A stretch of DNA of 63,101 nucleotides, the filler included, from Sphacelaria rigidula (lineage: Eukaryota), in NCBI GenBank assembly GCA_964200075.2. It is 8 parts of 8 records of this genome, joined end to end, with 100 filler letters (N's around TTAATTAATTAA, not from the genome) between each part and the next. Parts side by side here need not be neighbours in the genome. Positions count along the whole stretch, not along the records: positions 1 to 7,801 come from CAXNAA020013415.1; positions 7,902 to 15,702 come from CAXNAA020013416.1; 6 more parts are not named here. One strand, written 5' to 3'. This document shows, one piece after another, positions 1-12,209 of the stretch. Each line of letters starts with the position of its first letter. Position 1 is the stretch's first letter. Under the pieces are notes generated by a model. The model ran no database searches and was not told the DNA's origin. It saw only the letters and a list, made by a program, of their open reading frames with translations. The position numbers were made by a program, and so were the translations under genes.

Positions 1-599
1 TGTCTGACACACTTATGAGCCTCTTTCTTCGTGCATCCAAATACCCCCCCCCTCCTATCGTAGAATGACTCACGAGTAAATACCCCGTTTATCAGGAGGG
101 GGTTATTGACCGTGGAACACAACCTGTCGGCTCTAGTGCAATGAGTAGGTAGAATTTCAAAAAAATAAAATTGTACATTTCTTCACAAATATGATCGGGA
201 CAGGCTCGATCGACCGAAGATACCAAAGAGTAAGAATCTGGGCTGAAATGTGGTAGGACCCCCGGTGACCGGTTAGTCCGGAAGGCATTCAATATTTAGT
301 ACAGATCATACTTTTTTCTTCAAATGTGGCGCGGATAAAAATATCTTTAGATCCCCAATGTGATAGGCGGTGGCAAGCCGGAAGAGCCTAAGAAAATCGC
401 CAATTACGAAAAGATCATGAAGAGCCACAAAATGAAGAGTCAGACCGCCCACTACTGTATTTCAGAGATTCTACTGACAAAAATCACACATATATATATA
501 TATAGGAGTTTGTACTGTTTTGCGAGAGTTTTGTCGATGCACACAATTGGAAACACTTCGCCCGTCGCGTGATATCATCGGACAAACCCAACCCGACTG

Positions 600-790
600 C
601 TCCAGGGTTTCATTTTCGGTATATCCATGACGTGTGCGTCTGGAGTCTTCTTTGGTCTTCAACAGTGAAAATGGTAGTCGCCGGTCTTTTCTATCTCCAT
701 CTTTCCTTCTTTGTCAGGGCTTCTCATAATGAGGCGTCTGGCCCGGGGACGGGAGGGGAGGGTTCCAAAAGGGTTAAACATTTGTGGACG
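600..790. repeat. Unclassified dispersed repeat, second copy at ~61700-61862
   Basis: Shared block AAAATGGT.G.CG.C...CTTT.CT.T.TCCATCTTT...GTCAGGGCTTCTCATAAT.AGGCGT.TGGCC.GGG.AC.GGAGGGGAGGGTTCCA.AAGGGTTAA in two contigs. Confidence 0.75.
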
Positions 791-2009
791 TAGTTGAGAA
801 AATCGAACTGTTCAGTTTTACAGCTGCTGCGAAATTCGGTGCATGTTGTTACGGTGGGTGTGTCACGAATCGATGGTAAAGGCCTACAGGTAAAGGGTGC
901 CAGTTCGTGGGCACCAGCGCCGTGGCGCTCAACCACAATCAAGTGTATCAATTCGTTGAGTTCGACTTTACTGAATATGGAGTTAGCCGACGTTCATACA
1001 ATTGAGCGGCACGCACTTGACCAGCAAAGATGTCGGAACGGCATCTGTTGCATGGGAGTCAGGCTGATATTCAGAGAAGACCAGAGACACCTCTAATATC
1101 GCAGTCCGTCGATAGCGTAGATACTTCTTGTATTATCGGCGAACAGCCTGATTGCTGCTAGTTGAGATGCTTGTCTCAAAACGTTGTCAACACATGTCGG
1201 CCGGCAGCCGGCTCCTACCACACAGTGTAGTATGACCCATCAGATACCAAGCATGACAAAGTATGAAACATGGAACCTAGTCGACTGGAAAATGACCAAT
1301 AAACCTGTTACACCCCCCCAGCCTTATTTGTAAGGCTAAACAGAAATTATTCAAGGGTTGGAAGGACCAGAACGAAAACAAAGCCTGTGCACCATACGCT
1401 TGAAGTTAAAACGAGAAAATCCCATTTAGACTGGAGAACGATTGGCTAGTTAGCTTAATCGCGCGTCGACACCCCGGATCAGTTACACTAGATTCCGGGG
1501 TAGTGCGGGGCTTGAACCACACTCAATGTTGGTTGGATTCGCTAAAAACAACCGTTTCACGAACTGATCAACAGTTATATGAGTGCAGCCTATGTAAGGG
1601 ATGCTCTTCCATGACTACTGACGCCTACACTACTGGGAATGGAGCCCACGCGCCTTGGCGCACACGTGTACCGGTATGTTGAAAGATGGGGAGCAATGAA
1701 TAACAAAGCGACAAAATAAAAAGACAAGAACACCCGAAATTCGTGACTGAAACGTACGGTACCAGATATGAACGAGCTATGTATTCATTTATTTCATCAT
1801 TGCATACCTCCCACAATTATATTATATACCACACCATACAATAGCTATTCGTAAACGTTGATCGCTGCAGTCTATTTTTGGTTCTGTTCTAGCGTTGGGC
1901 GCTGGAGTTCTCGACGAGATAGGTTTTCTCGGTCTTCATCTTCGTATCGTACTCGCCGAAAGCGACTCCCACCGTCATAGGTACTGCTGAAGTCTTTCCA
2001 GGAGGTAGC

Positions 2010-2434
2010 AGCTATGAGCAAAAGCTTCAAGGCATGACTACGTGGGGGAGCGGGGTGCTTCTAGTGCGATGGCAGGGTCGGAGAAATGGGTTGTGGGATA
2101 ATATATGGAGAACTGGGATCAGAGGAAATATATGGACGATGGTAAAGATGACAGAAAGTGCAAAAAGTGCGATGATGCTTGACGGGGAAATATCCCAATA
2201 TTTCGACATGTTACAAGGAGTTGCACCAGGATGTGCGTAATCACCAATTCTGCACAAGGTATTTAATAATGACCTGGTTTCAGCATTAAAAACAGTAAAG
2301 GAAGGAGTGAAGTTGATGAAGAAATTGGAAACAGTACAGATGGCAGCAGCTAAGAGAATGCAGTGAGGTTGGTGAAAGATGCCAGAAAATTACTTCGGTG
2401 CTCGAAATAAATGAGTATACCCCCCCCCCCCCCC
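2010..2434 (+). pseudogene. Decayed non-LTR (LINE) reverse transcriptase fragment joined to the family 3' tail
   Basis: Translates as RNGLWDNIWRTGIRGNIWTMVK...QYFDMLQGVAPGCA*SPILHKVFNNDL, matching the RT motif GVxQGxxLSPxLF with an in-frame stop; ends AATAAATGAGTATA-(C)n like other tails in the window. Confidence 0.8.
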
Positions 2435-2869
2435 TCGAAGTCTCCCTTTTCTCCCGCCCATCAGTGCCTGAAACAACGTAGAGTTCTCGACGATTCAACA
2501 CGGTGACGAATTCAGGCAATAAGTGATGCTGCGATAGGATCTGCACTTTTGGTGCCAAAACCGGTGTGATTCAGGGGTTCCTCAAATTAGGAACTACACA
2601 AGAATATGGATGATAATATCCCCGTTTGCAAATTCATTAGGGATATCCCTAGCAAATTGGAAGAAAACCCTGGCGTACTCTCACCCGTGATGAAGCTCAG
2701 AGGCGTTGCAACATATACTCTGTGCGGGTCTGCTCGTAGACCCTGGATTCCGTGACGCGTTGTTATCGCGTTTGCTACTGTCATAAGTTAGGATTGCGGC
2801 GCCCCATCTGGATTGCGGCTACCCATCTGATCAGTTGCTGCCCTTGTCGTGGTCTACCCTGGGCCATCA

Positions 2870-4130
2870 CTACACTCTGCTTCTATGGCTGCCCTGCGGC
2901 TGTACTGAGCAAGAGAGCTGCTTGTAGATAAGACATGATGCTAAGCAAACACGTGAGTTCCTTATCAAGAGTCTGAACATGAATGAATCTACATTGTGAT
3001 AAGTCAACGAAGGATAGCTAGGTCTGTGTGAGTTTGCCCACGTGGGAGCTTGGTGAGCTGACACCTTGGTATCTCCTGGCACTCATACTGGTAGACCCCA
3101 GCCACTGCATTAGCTAACTCCCTCTTTATGACACACATATTTCGAAAGCCGTGTTTTGGATGAGATAAAGGGTTCCTAAAAATTCTCATCTCGGGCCGTA
3201 AAAGTGCTGACCCTATCGCAGCATCACTCAGATCAATGCAGTCCAACACGGTGGCAAATTCAGGGGTCAGGTGGAATGTGGGTGTCACTCTTCAGATTGG
3301 TCCCCCTAATATGGGACGCAACACTTCGGCTATGGGGTGCCTGAAATGGGGTGGGCGGACGTGAAAGGAACTTCTTACTTTTGAGACAGCTGTAGTTCGT
3401 GTGTAATGTTTGCGACCAGTCCAGAGCTCGAAGGAAAGTGTGTCAGACGGTAGCATGGCATCGGGTCGTCGGGTAGGGTGCGATTGCCCAAGAGTGTGCG
3501 TGATACATACTCTCTCTGAGGCCAAGATTAGGGCAGTTATGTAGACATATCAGCAGCCATTCCCCAGTTCCTCGAATCCTGTAAAACTGTAGACATGAAC
3601 ACAGAGTAAATGAAACAAACAAGGTATGCTGAATAAAATATAATAATGAGATACGATGTACTAAATACACGGCGACAAAACACAGGAATAAAAAGAAACA
3701 TGATCTCACCACACGCATGAATTGTACGTTGATGGTTGTTGGGCGAGTCTCAAGTTCGTATGTCATATCCCAGCTGAGCCATTACGAGACGGCCGGATTG
3801 TAGTTGTGAAGTCTTGCGTCATTGGCAAACCGTTCAGCGTTTTCTTCGCGTCCTCCCTGACGCAATCACGTTTAGCGTCGGTTCCCTCGTCGGGATGCGA
3901 CACACCCAGGACAAGAGTGTAGGTAAAACAAGGGCGGAAGTAATACACGGTACGGTAAGACCCCAGGGGAAGTCCTGAAATGACGGATGGATTTCTTGGA
4001 AAGCAGTCGTTCATTGTAACGGGTATAAAGCGTTCAAGCAAGGAATTTTCGATTTTGAACAGGGAAATATGTACTACAATACCCCTGAATACTATTCTAC
4101 ATGTTTCATTCCGAGCGATGTTTCCCAAAT
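2870..4130 (-). mobile_element. Highly degenerate Ty3/gypsy-like pol (RT then RNase H)
   Basis: Ordered, frameshifted motif remnants: VTMNDCFPRNP (~T..D.FPLP), REDAKKT (~ED..KTAF), MTYELETRPTT..FMRVV (~MPFGL.NAP.TFQR.M), FVAVYLVH (~FV.VYLDD), CIDLSDAAIGSAL (~TDASD.AIGAVL), KRELANAVAGV (~EKELLA.V). Confidence 0.55.
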
Positions 4131-5058
4131 ACCCCCACAGTTGTCACAAATCCTGTCTGGGGGGAGGACGCCAGCACTTTCCGTCGCTAGTTCAGATTCC
4201 GCTTGGGACCTTCAGGAGGGATATTCAAACTTCAGCTGATGCGGGTTCTCAATTGAAAAAAAAACGGCTCGGATTTTGCAAGCGCGTTGCACTACAGTAG
4301 TATCCTTCGACGGCCCCACCGCGAAACTGGGTCTCAACACAGCCACGGCAGAAGTGGCCATACAAGGCGGGATAGCTGGTTCAGACTGCACGAAGCGCCT
4401 CGCATGGGCACTACTGGCGAAACAACCCCAAGCGTGGGACTAATCCTTACTCCCGTTGTGTGTGTCTGCAGCTTCATTGTGGGGCATCCATTTTATCCAG
4501 CTGACGACTGTACTGTAGTGGTGCTGTACTCTGGTATGCTGGTATATTTCAGCAGACTGCTGATTGATGCTGCGTTTCGAAGATCGCTGGCGTCTGTCAT
4601 CGTATTGAATCATTTCGCTGACGGCGGTCGTCGCCAGCGCAACAGTATGAAGTCTCTCTCAGATAATCAACAAGAGGCGCTCGAAAACTCGATCACTAGT
4701 CCAAAGAAGTATGTTTTCAGCATGCTTTGTTACGTGTTCCGTAGCGCTTAGACGCAGGTCCTGCTCAACAGATGCCGCACAATGACGGTGGTTTTTCTGT
4801 TGGGCTGCTCATCATGCTTGCGCTGCCGCACAGAAACTTCGGGGTTAGGGTTACATGGTCAAAACAGCTTGCAAATCCCGAGCCTTGTGGACGAAACAAA
4901 TGAAATTTCGATGGCCTCTTCGACCTCACCCGAATGTCGAACCTCAAAAAAGAATCCAGGCTGTTCATCTGTGAACAGCGGGTGGTGGATATATCTGGCG
5001 TGATGGTCAATACCACAAGATTATTGCTAGAGTCCCAAAGGTGCCCCGGAAGCAGTCA

Positions 5059-5535
5059 GGCTACTTCTTATGAATAAAAGAGTGAACCTTGTTGAAAAGT
5101 GCGTTTTTGGCCCTTCTCCATCGTTTTCCCCCCGAAGAGAGGGCTAGGCGGATGTTGACACTTTTGAATCACTTGCTCTACTCCCTGAGGCCGTTCCAGA
5201 GCACCTTTGCGTTTTCCGTAGATCACGGTTTCGTTTGTGGTCAAACTTGCATTTTCAATAACAAACGGTCAATCGATGAAAACAATATCGTCAGTTTCCC
5301 TCCTGTTTTTTTTAAAACTTGACCGTTTGTTATCGGAAATGCAAGTTTGGCCAAAATCGAAACTGCGACCTACGGGGAACGCAAAGGTGCTATGATGGAA
5401 CGGTCTCAGCGAGTAGAGCAAGTCATTTCAAGGTGCAAACATCCGCCTAGCCCTCTTCTCGGGGGAAAAACGACGGAGAAGGGTCAAAAATGCACTTTTT
5501 AACAAGTTTCATTTTTTTATACGTAAGAAGTAGCC
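5059..5535. mobile_element. Fold-back MITE, PIF/Harbinger (Tourist)-like
   Basis: Termini GGCTACTTCTTA...TAAGAAGTAGCC, ~215-bp imperfect inverted arms with a short loop, 3-bp TSD TCA (5056-5058 / 5536-5538). Confidence 0.85.
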
Positions 5536-7801
5536 TCAGGACATAAGTGCACAAGTGTAAATTTATACGCTGGAGGATACTGCACGGCTATGTCCTCCGC
5601 AGTCGCAACAAAATGCCCTAGAGGCCATAGTCCGTCCGTCCCTCCTTCAGAGGAGTGTTACTCACTTTCCCTGTGATGTTCATATTTCCCTCTGAGGGAC
5701 GTTTGTAAAAACCACGTGCTCCAGAGCACCATATTTCTGGTACTAATCTGGAGGGAGTCAGTCCTCAGAAGTCACTGGAGCATCAGATGCCCTCCAGAGG
5801 ATTCGTTTTGTGACCGGAACTGAGTATGAAATACCCTTCAGGGAGTATTTTTAATGTCCGGAGGGTCACCTTACCCTCGAGAGGACGAAAATGGCGAAAT
5901 AGGAGTTCCAAACACGAGCCGAATGGCCGCGTGTGAAAGCGGGCACAGGTGCACGGGTACTCACCAACACAAATGCGAAGGCACTACATGCAAAGGCACT
6001 ACCATGACCAGTCATTTGCATCAAATCGTCACGGAAGATTCGAAAAAAACACCTGTAGACATTCCATCCGAACGAGGGATAATATCGCCATTATTGTTAT
6101 CATGCCGAGGAGACATCACCATTTTGTTTATAGAAATTCTTGTATGTTCGACTTCATCGTCCAAAATAATGTACAAGCAGCCCGCCAAGACATTCTCTAT
6201 AGAGCGTAGAGTTGGCACTAATTATCGCACACCTCACTCATCAGTATAATCGGACAATGAATACCCGTAAGTAGCAAAGACGCGTCCCATGAGGAAAAAA
6301 TAAGTTGAAGATAAAAACACGAATGATACCGAAAAACAACAACTCGTTGGAGGTGAGTCATGTTTGGTACATGTTAGCGTGGGGATCACGCGTTGACTAG
6401 TGCGACCGGTTGACGGTGCAGCCGTATACCATCACGATCCACCTACTCGACGAGTACGGGACAGTCGATCGAAGCGAGTGATCGACTGCCGGTATCGTCT
6501 GAGAAACGCAGGTAGGAGATACACAATCATCGAAGACAATTTCGAGGCGGGTAGCCCGACACGATTCTGAGCCACGACAAGCACGTGGAGGGAGGGGACC
6601 AACGCGGTCCGCTCCCTCAATGATTGCCTATTCAGACGAAAAGCGACAGGGTGCGCACACAAACGGGAGAATGAGCTCCAGTCGGGTACACAATCACAGC
6701 AGTTCGCCATCAACAAACCCTAAAAAAAACACTTGACTACCACAATAACTTCTGGGGCGATTGACCGCACGTAGGTACTAAATGGGACATGAGTCAAAAG
6801 AAGAAAATGGCGGACTGATTGTAAACTGCAATTATCGAAACAGCGATGTTGAACAACCATCAATTCCAACAAAAACGAATAATACATCCTCGAACACGAT
6901 ACAAAATGGTAATACATGACCACAATCATGCTTGCTTCTGCTCCTTGCTCGCTCTGTCCCGATGACCTCGGATGCCGGCCACGCTCACACACATGTATGT
7001 ACACGAGCGCACGGTAGCCACAGCCTGTAGCCAAAGTAGCAACATTATCTCACGCCTCGCCAAACTTGTCCGGACTACTGGTAGATACTCGACGCACACG
7101 ACACGGAACATGATCCCATAAATTTAATCATGGTAATGGAGGAGCTTGGGGGGGACGGCGTGTTCGCCATCTCAGCGGTATCCATGCCAAGGATCTCTGT
7201 AGATGGCAGCTGACCGCTTCTACCAACGCCTCGGCAATATACTAGGGAACACAAGGCTAGGTGTCCCCCCACCACCCGAAAAAACAAACGATCTTGGGGC
7301 CTACGTGTCCAGAAATCTATTTTGCGCAGCCCTCTAGGGGATACTACATTTTTTCTCGCAGCCCATGCGGCAATTCTGTATCCTGCGAAGACTACATTAG
7401 GACGGTTACGGAACAACATGTTCTCCCTGTTGACGGAATACATGATAATCTTGTGTGTCATCACGGATCATTTGTCAAACTGAATCCGGAACGTCACGGG
7501 ATAGATGCACCATGCCCCTGAGTGCCACGGTCTGTATTATATATTATAAACACGCACACAATCACATACAGCCAGTTATATGAAGTATGTGACGCTAGCA
7601 GGTCTGCTAGTACTGCAGCGTCTGAATGCTGTTCAGGGACTCCCCAGCTCTTCTGGCCTCAAGGTCTCAGTTGTCAGCCTTTACAACACCTTATCATTAT
7701 CTTGGAGTGAAAACTCTGCAACCCTGCACCATCTGGCCTGGGCTACACATCAAGAGCCATCATCTACAGGATGCCCTTGTCCCCTGGTCATCATCCAGGA
7801 T

Positions 7802-7901
7802 NNNNNNNNNNNNNNNNNNNNNNNNNNNNNNNNNNNNNNNNNNNNTTAATTAATTAANNNNNNNNNNNNNNNNNNNNNNNNNNNNNNNNNNNNNNNNNNN
7901 N
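7802..7901. other. Artificial contig spacer (N44-TTAATTAATTAA-N44); same spacer at 15703-15802, 23604-23703, 31504-31603, 39404-39503, 47304-47403, 55203-55302
   Basis: Identical 100-nt linker with six-frame stops, recurring every ~7900 bp; the segments between spacers never increase in length (7801 to 7799). Confidence 0.97.
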
Positions 7902-8409
7902 TGAAACTTTCGGTCTTCATCTAACCCTGCCGTTACATACATTCGTTGATCTTTAGCAACATGAAGCCACTGCTGTTTCAGGCATATCCAGGACACGTCA
8001 TTCCTAACCAGCCTCGTTGGTCGCTCTGGAGGCCAAGTCCCAAAAGGGTTAAGGGATCCTTTTCTTTTTCTTCGAAATTTCGGGAAAGTCAAGTTCAGCT
8101 GCGGCCAGCCTGTCATGAAGAAGAACTATGAAACCGAGACAAAATCTGTAAACTGCACTATAATAGTTTCCCTTCACGTCATGTAGGAATCAACCCCATG
8201 GTTCATGCAGTGGAGTTTGTTTGAGTTCGGCACCAAAATATGTCCATATCCATGGATGATGGTTGCTTGATATGAGCATGAACTTCGAGATTTCGGATCT
8301 CTATCCCTAGCGGAGCTGACAGTCCTGAATGCGTCTACTGTAGAGTGCGCAGAATGCGTTTTTATTTGAGTCAGGGCCGCAGGCGGCGCCGATTTTTAGG
8401 TGTACCAAA

Positions 8410-8758
8410 AAATCATGCTACGATAGGGGGGGGGGGGGGGTTCGACTCCACGGAAGAATGAGATCATAGGCGCGTCAGACGACCCAACACACTCGCGTTG
8501 CACTTGTATTGGGATAAGATCGGTGTCAAACAGTATGAATGAGCGTTATAAATCGGAAGCAAGCGCATTCGAACTACCGTTGCTGCTATCAACGACGATT
8601 GCAAGTAGAATTTCGTGGAAGAAAACGGCCCGAAATACCCCCCCCCCACCCCCCCCTATCGTAGCAATGCTCCGTCTCGAAAGGGATGCGTGGTCAATGA
8701 TCAAACGACTAAGGCAAGCAACGAATGAGAACGCCCCCCCCCTATCGTAGCATGACTC
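8410..8758. mobile_element. Sola2-like MITE copy with a LINE tail inserted in its right TIR
   Basis: TIR ..TCATGCTACGATAG(G)n / (C)nTATCGTAGCATGACTC; internal sequence homologous to 46070-46315; another right end at ~20-71. Confidence 0.75.
8667..8734 (+). mobile_element. 5'-truncated LINE 3' tail (subfamily A) with 18-bp TSD
   Basis: TGCTCCGTCTCGAAAGGGATGCGTGGTCAATGATCAAACGACTAAGGCAAGCAACGAATGAGAACG flanked by duplicated CCCCCCCCTATCGTAGCA (8649-8666 / 8735-8752). Confidence 0.85.
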
Positions 8759-8802
8759 CAACGCACACTTAAGATTCTTGGCACCCCCTCACCGGAGGGT
8801 TC

Positions 8803-9936
8803 CACACCCTGAATAATAGAATATGTAAAATGTATTGCCTGCTCAATATGTCGACGCGTCGGGTGGTCCATATATATTGGGCGAGCAATGTGATGGCACG
8901 AGAGATCGTCAATATGCACATATTGTGCCATCAATATGTCAAGGCTCGCGACATGCAACATATGTCGACCGAACAATATATCACGACACACGACACCTCA
9001 ATGTATATACTGGCCGAGTAATAGGTTGGTGCGGTAAGGCACACATATATATATATATATATATATCTGTCGAGCAATATATTGGTTGCCACACGAGGTC
9101 AATATATTTTGACGATTCAATATACTCAACACCCGAAGCGCCAATATATATTGCCGCCCGAATATGTCCTGCGCCAATGCGTCCAATATAGGACAATACA
9201 CGAGAGAAGGGACAGTCACAATACATATGGATGTACTTTGGCAATATATATAAATATATATATATCAATGTTCAACATGTAGATTGGAAACTGTATTGGA
9301 ATTAGTATGGTGGGCAGTTCTGTGTTCAGTTTTATGTTCGCGGGCGCCTTTGAAAGATGTATCTCCACATACCTGAGACGCTCAATATTATGTCCGCGAG
9401 CGTGTTCAATTTGTATGGCTGCACAAAAGCTGTGCGATGAGCGTGCGCAATATATATTGGGAAAATGTTACTTTTGCATTGTTTGCGTTCAATATATGTT
9501 GACGCTTCAGTACACACGCGGCTGGTGTGCACAATGTATATTGACTGTTTTGTTCCCGGAGCAAAATGCATGTCCACAATATATTGTCATGCATTAGTTC
9601 ACGATATGACACGATAAATACATGCTTTTGCTTCAATGTCTCCGAGGACATCTCAACACAACATGTATTGAAAGGACGATATTTGCGCGGTCTCCAATAC
9701 AAAGTAATGGTATCATATTGGAACATTTTGTATTGTCCAGGGTACAAGCGACACAGCACCAGTGACCACAGGGGTACCAAAAGGCGCATATCGACCCGCG
9801 TTTTCTGTCGTCGTGATGTTTGGCTAAGGTACATTCCATGCCGTGAAGGGGGTGGGCGGCCCCGCACCGGTGGCCAGATAGATATCATAGGGCATATAAA
9901 CCGGGTCGCCTCTTCTGTCACCATATTTTCCGACCG

Positions 9937-9968
<32 letters not shown>

Positions 9969-10482
9969 TCGACAACTCTCCGTAGCAATGGATGCGAACT
10001 TCTGCGGCTCCCTTTGAAGCTCTTCCTAATCTGCACGGGCTGCGGCATCCATCGCGTTTGGATCTTTCTCAAAGCGTACACCATACTTCATAACATCCAA
10101 TATGTATTTACCGGCCAATACATTGGCAATCACGCGGACCAAATATATATTGAACGGTCAAAATGTTCTCAACAATGCGATCCTAATATATATATATATA
10201 TAAAGATATTGGTCGTGTAATATGCCGTCGCCCACATTGCCCCAGTATATATTGATGGGACAATAGGTCTTCAACCCCACGGTACCAATATATATATATA
10301 TATATATATTGGCAGGGCAAAATGTATGCAGTCCCACGACATCAAGATATATATATATATATATTGGGCGCGCAATACGTGTGCAGTCCAAGGGTACCAA
10401 TATATATTTCGCCGGCAATATATCTCAAAATTCCAGTATGATCGACAAATATATACTGAAAACATACTATTGTCCAGGGTGT
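8803..10482. mobile_element. Non-autonomous TIR element(s) of the CACCCTGGACAATA family with dense CAATATAT/ATATATTG internal motifs
   Basis: CACACCCTGAATAATA at ~8803, TATTGTCCAGGGT at ~9731 and ~10468; many (TA)n-seeded motifs in both orientations; no real ORF. Confidence 0.6.
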
Positions 10483-10669
10483 GGAGGGTTCTCGGTATGC
10501 ATTTTGTTGTGATTATTAGGTGTAGCGTCAGCGTTTTTATTTTGATTTGATTTGGTTTGATTGTCGCGCTCTCACTGATCCCACAGGGTCCCAGCCGACA
10601 AAACAATGCTGAAACACTGGCTGAAGAAAGAGAGTGGGCAAGGGTCATCATGTACCGCAAGTAATAAGC

Positions 10670-11020
10670 CGGTCGCCCCGGCGGCTCAGTTGGTAACCTC
10701 GAAACCCGCTGATTGTTGGGTCGTGGGTTCAATTCTCGGAGCGATCTGGGATTTTTTCTCACACCATGCCAAGCAGTGGAGAGCGACTATTTCGTGGTTA
10801 CACAAAATTCGACTAGACGGGCGACGAGGGAAGGGGATTGCGGGATCCCTCTCGCGAGTAAAAAAATAAATAAAGGCAAGGACCGCAGGAGGAAGGCGGA
10901 GTACTGAAAACAAACAAGGAAGAAAAAAACTCCTGTGTGACTCCCCGGCTGGTGCGCCCACATATACCGAAAGGTGTAGACAGGCGTCAAGAATGGATGA
11001 GACAACACACAACACACACA
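10670..11020 (+). mobile_element. tRNA-derived SINE family 1
   Basis: Head GCCCCGGCGGCTCAGTTGG (A box)...GGTTCAATTC (B box) plus non-tRNA body; copy at 43672-43930 (-) and 3' fragment at ~24310-24390 (-). Confidence 0.8.
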
Positions 11021-11939
11021 GTAATTTAATGCGCCCGGCACCGTGAGACGAAGCGGGAGTTCAAACTGTCACACAACAGTGGCGTGTATTGTAGTGCGTA
11101 AGGTGCCTGAAATCAGTCGTCAAGCATCAGCTGGTCGCAGCTGTTATTTGAAAGAGTGCCGTGTGATGACGATTATGGTGGTGATGATCTCCGAGGAACC
11201 CAACCGTGGTCATTATCCACAATATTGCACACCCTGGACAATGACAAATTATGGTGCAGGTTGCAGTAAACAAGAAATGTACTGCGGAAAGTATAGGCCT
11301 ATTGAAGTAACCGGCATAAAACTGAGATGGCATGAAATTGTTTACACGGGGGGGGGCGGCACTGCTAAACCAGTTCAGCATAAAATCGGACCAGCACACA
11401 AAGCACAATTATGCACTATGTAACACCATTTGACCGTGAATCCACGTTGTTTTGAGTAACGTTCGGGTGCAGATGGGCTTTGGGAGTTGATGGCCTTGCT
11501 GCTCTCCAGGTCTTGCACGCCGCACATGCCATGGACGTACTTGCCACACTTATGGTACTTATGTTGTACGCAGTGAGATGGGCCTGACGTTAGCTCTGGC
11601 GCCTTGCATCGTTGTCCTGGCACTGCACATGGCATGGCTTACATCTTCGGGTGCTGCCGTGTTCGTGCTTCGCTCGCGGCAAGCTCGCATGTCAAGCTGA
11701 TTCTCTGGGCACAAAAATGACCCGAAAATATCCTGCGTCGGCATGAAAGCGGTCCGATCATGTGCCGATTCGGCATAATTTTTTGATTGTATACCGTTTT
11801 ATGGAAGGACAATACGAAAGCGGCACGAAAGAGATGAAACAAAAAAATGTTCCCTGGAAGAAAAACCGGCATATAATCTATTTGGCATAAAATCGGGACC
11901 ACAACTGTACCGGTTTCGTCGATCGTCGATATATATATC

Positions 11940-12077
11940 ATACCCTGGACAAGAGAATACACAGTTAAAAAGTGTACTGCGTACAGTATCGACTTTTGCG
12001 CCTATTGCAATAGACAATGGATTCCATGCTGAAACGCAGTACAGTTCTTGACAGTAGAATATATTGTCCAGAGTGTG
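11940..12077. mobile_element. Short palindromic MITE, CACCCTGGACAA family
   Basis: TACCCTGGACAA...TATTGTCCAGAGTG with self-complementary interior; partial copy at 47404-47488. Confidence 0.7.
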
Positions 12078-12209
12078 CGATATACACTGGTAAATAAACT
12101 ATATTGTTTATTGCTATCGATACATAACCCTAGCCATTGTATTACTACATCTCTCTCTCATCTACAAACCCTCTCGGGTTTGCACGTCCGTTTCTACCCC
12201 CCCCCGAAG

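Noticed and set aside
10675..10745. tRNA genes here and at ~14900-14970, ~22085-22159, ~43855-43927
   Set aside because: A and B boxes are present, but there is no complete cloverleaf and each is fused to a repeated body, so these are SINE heads.
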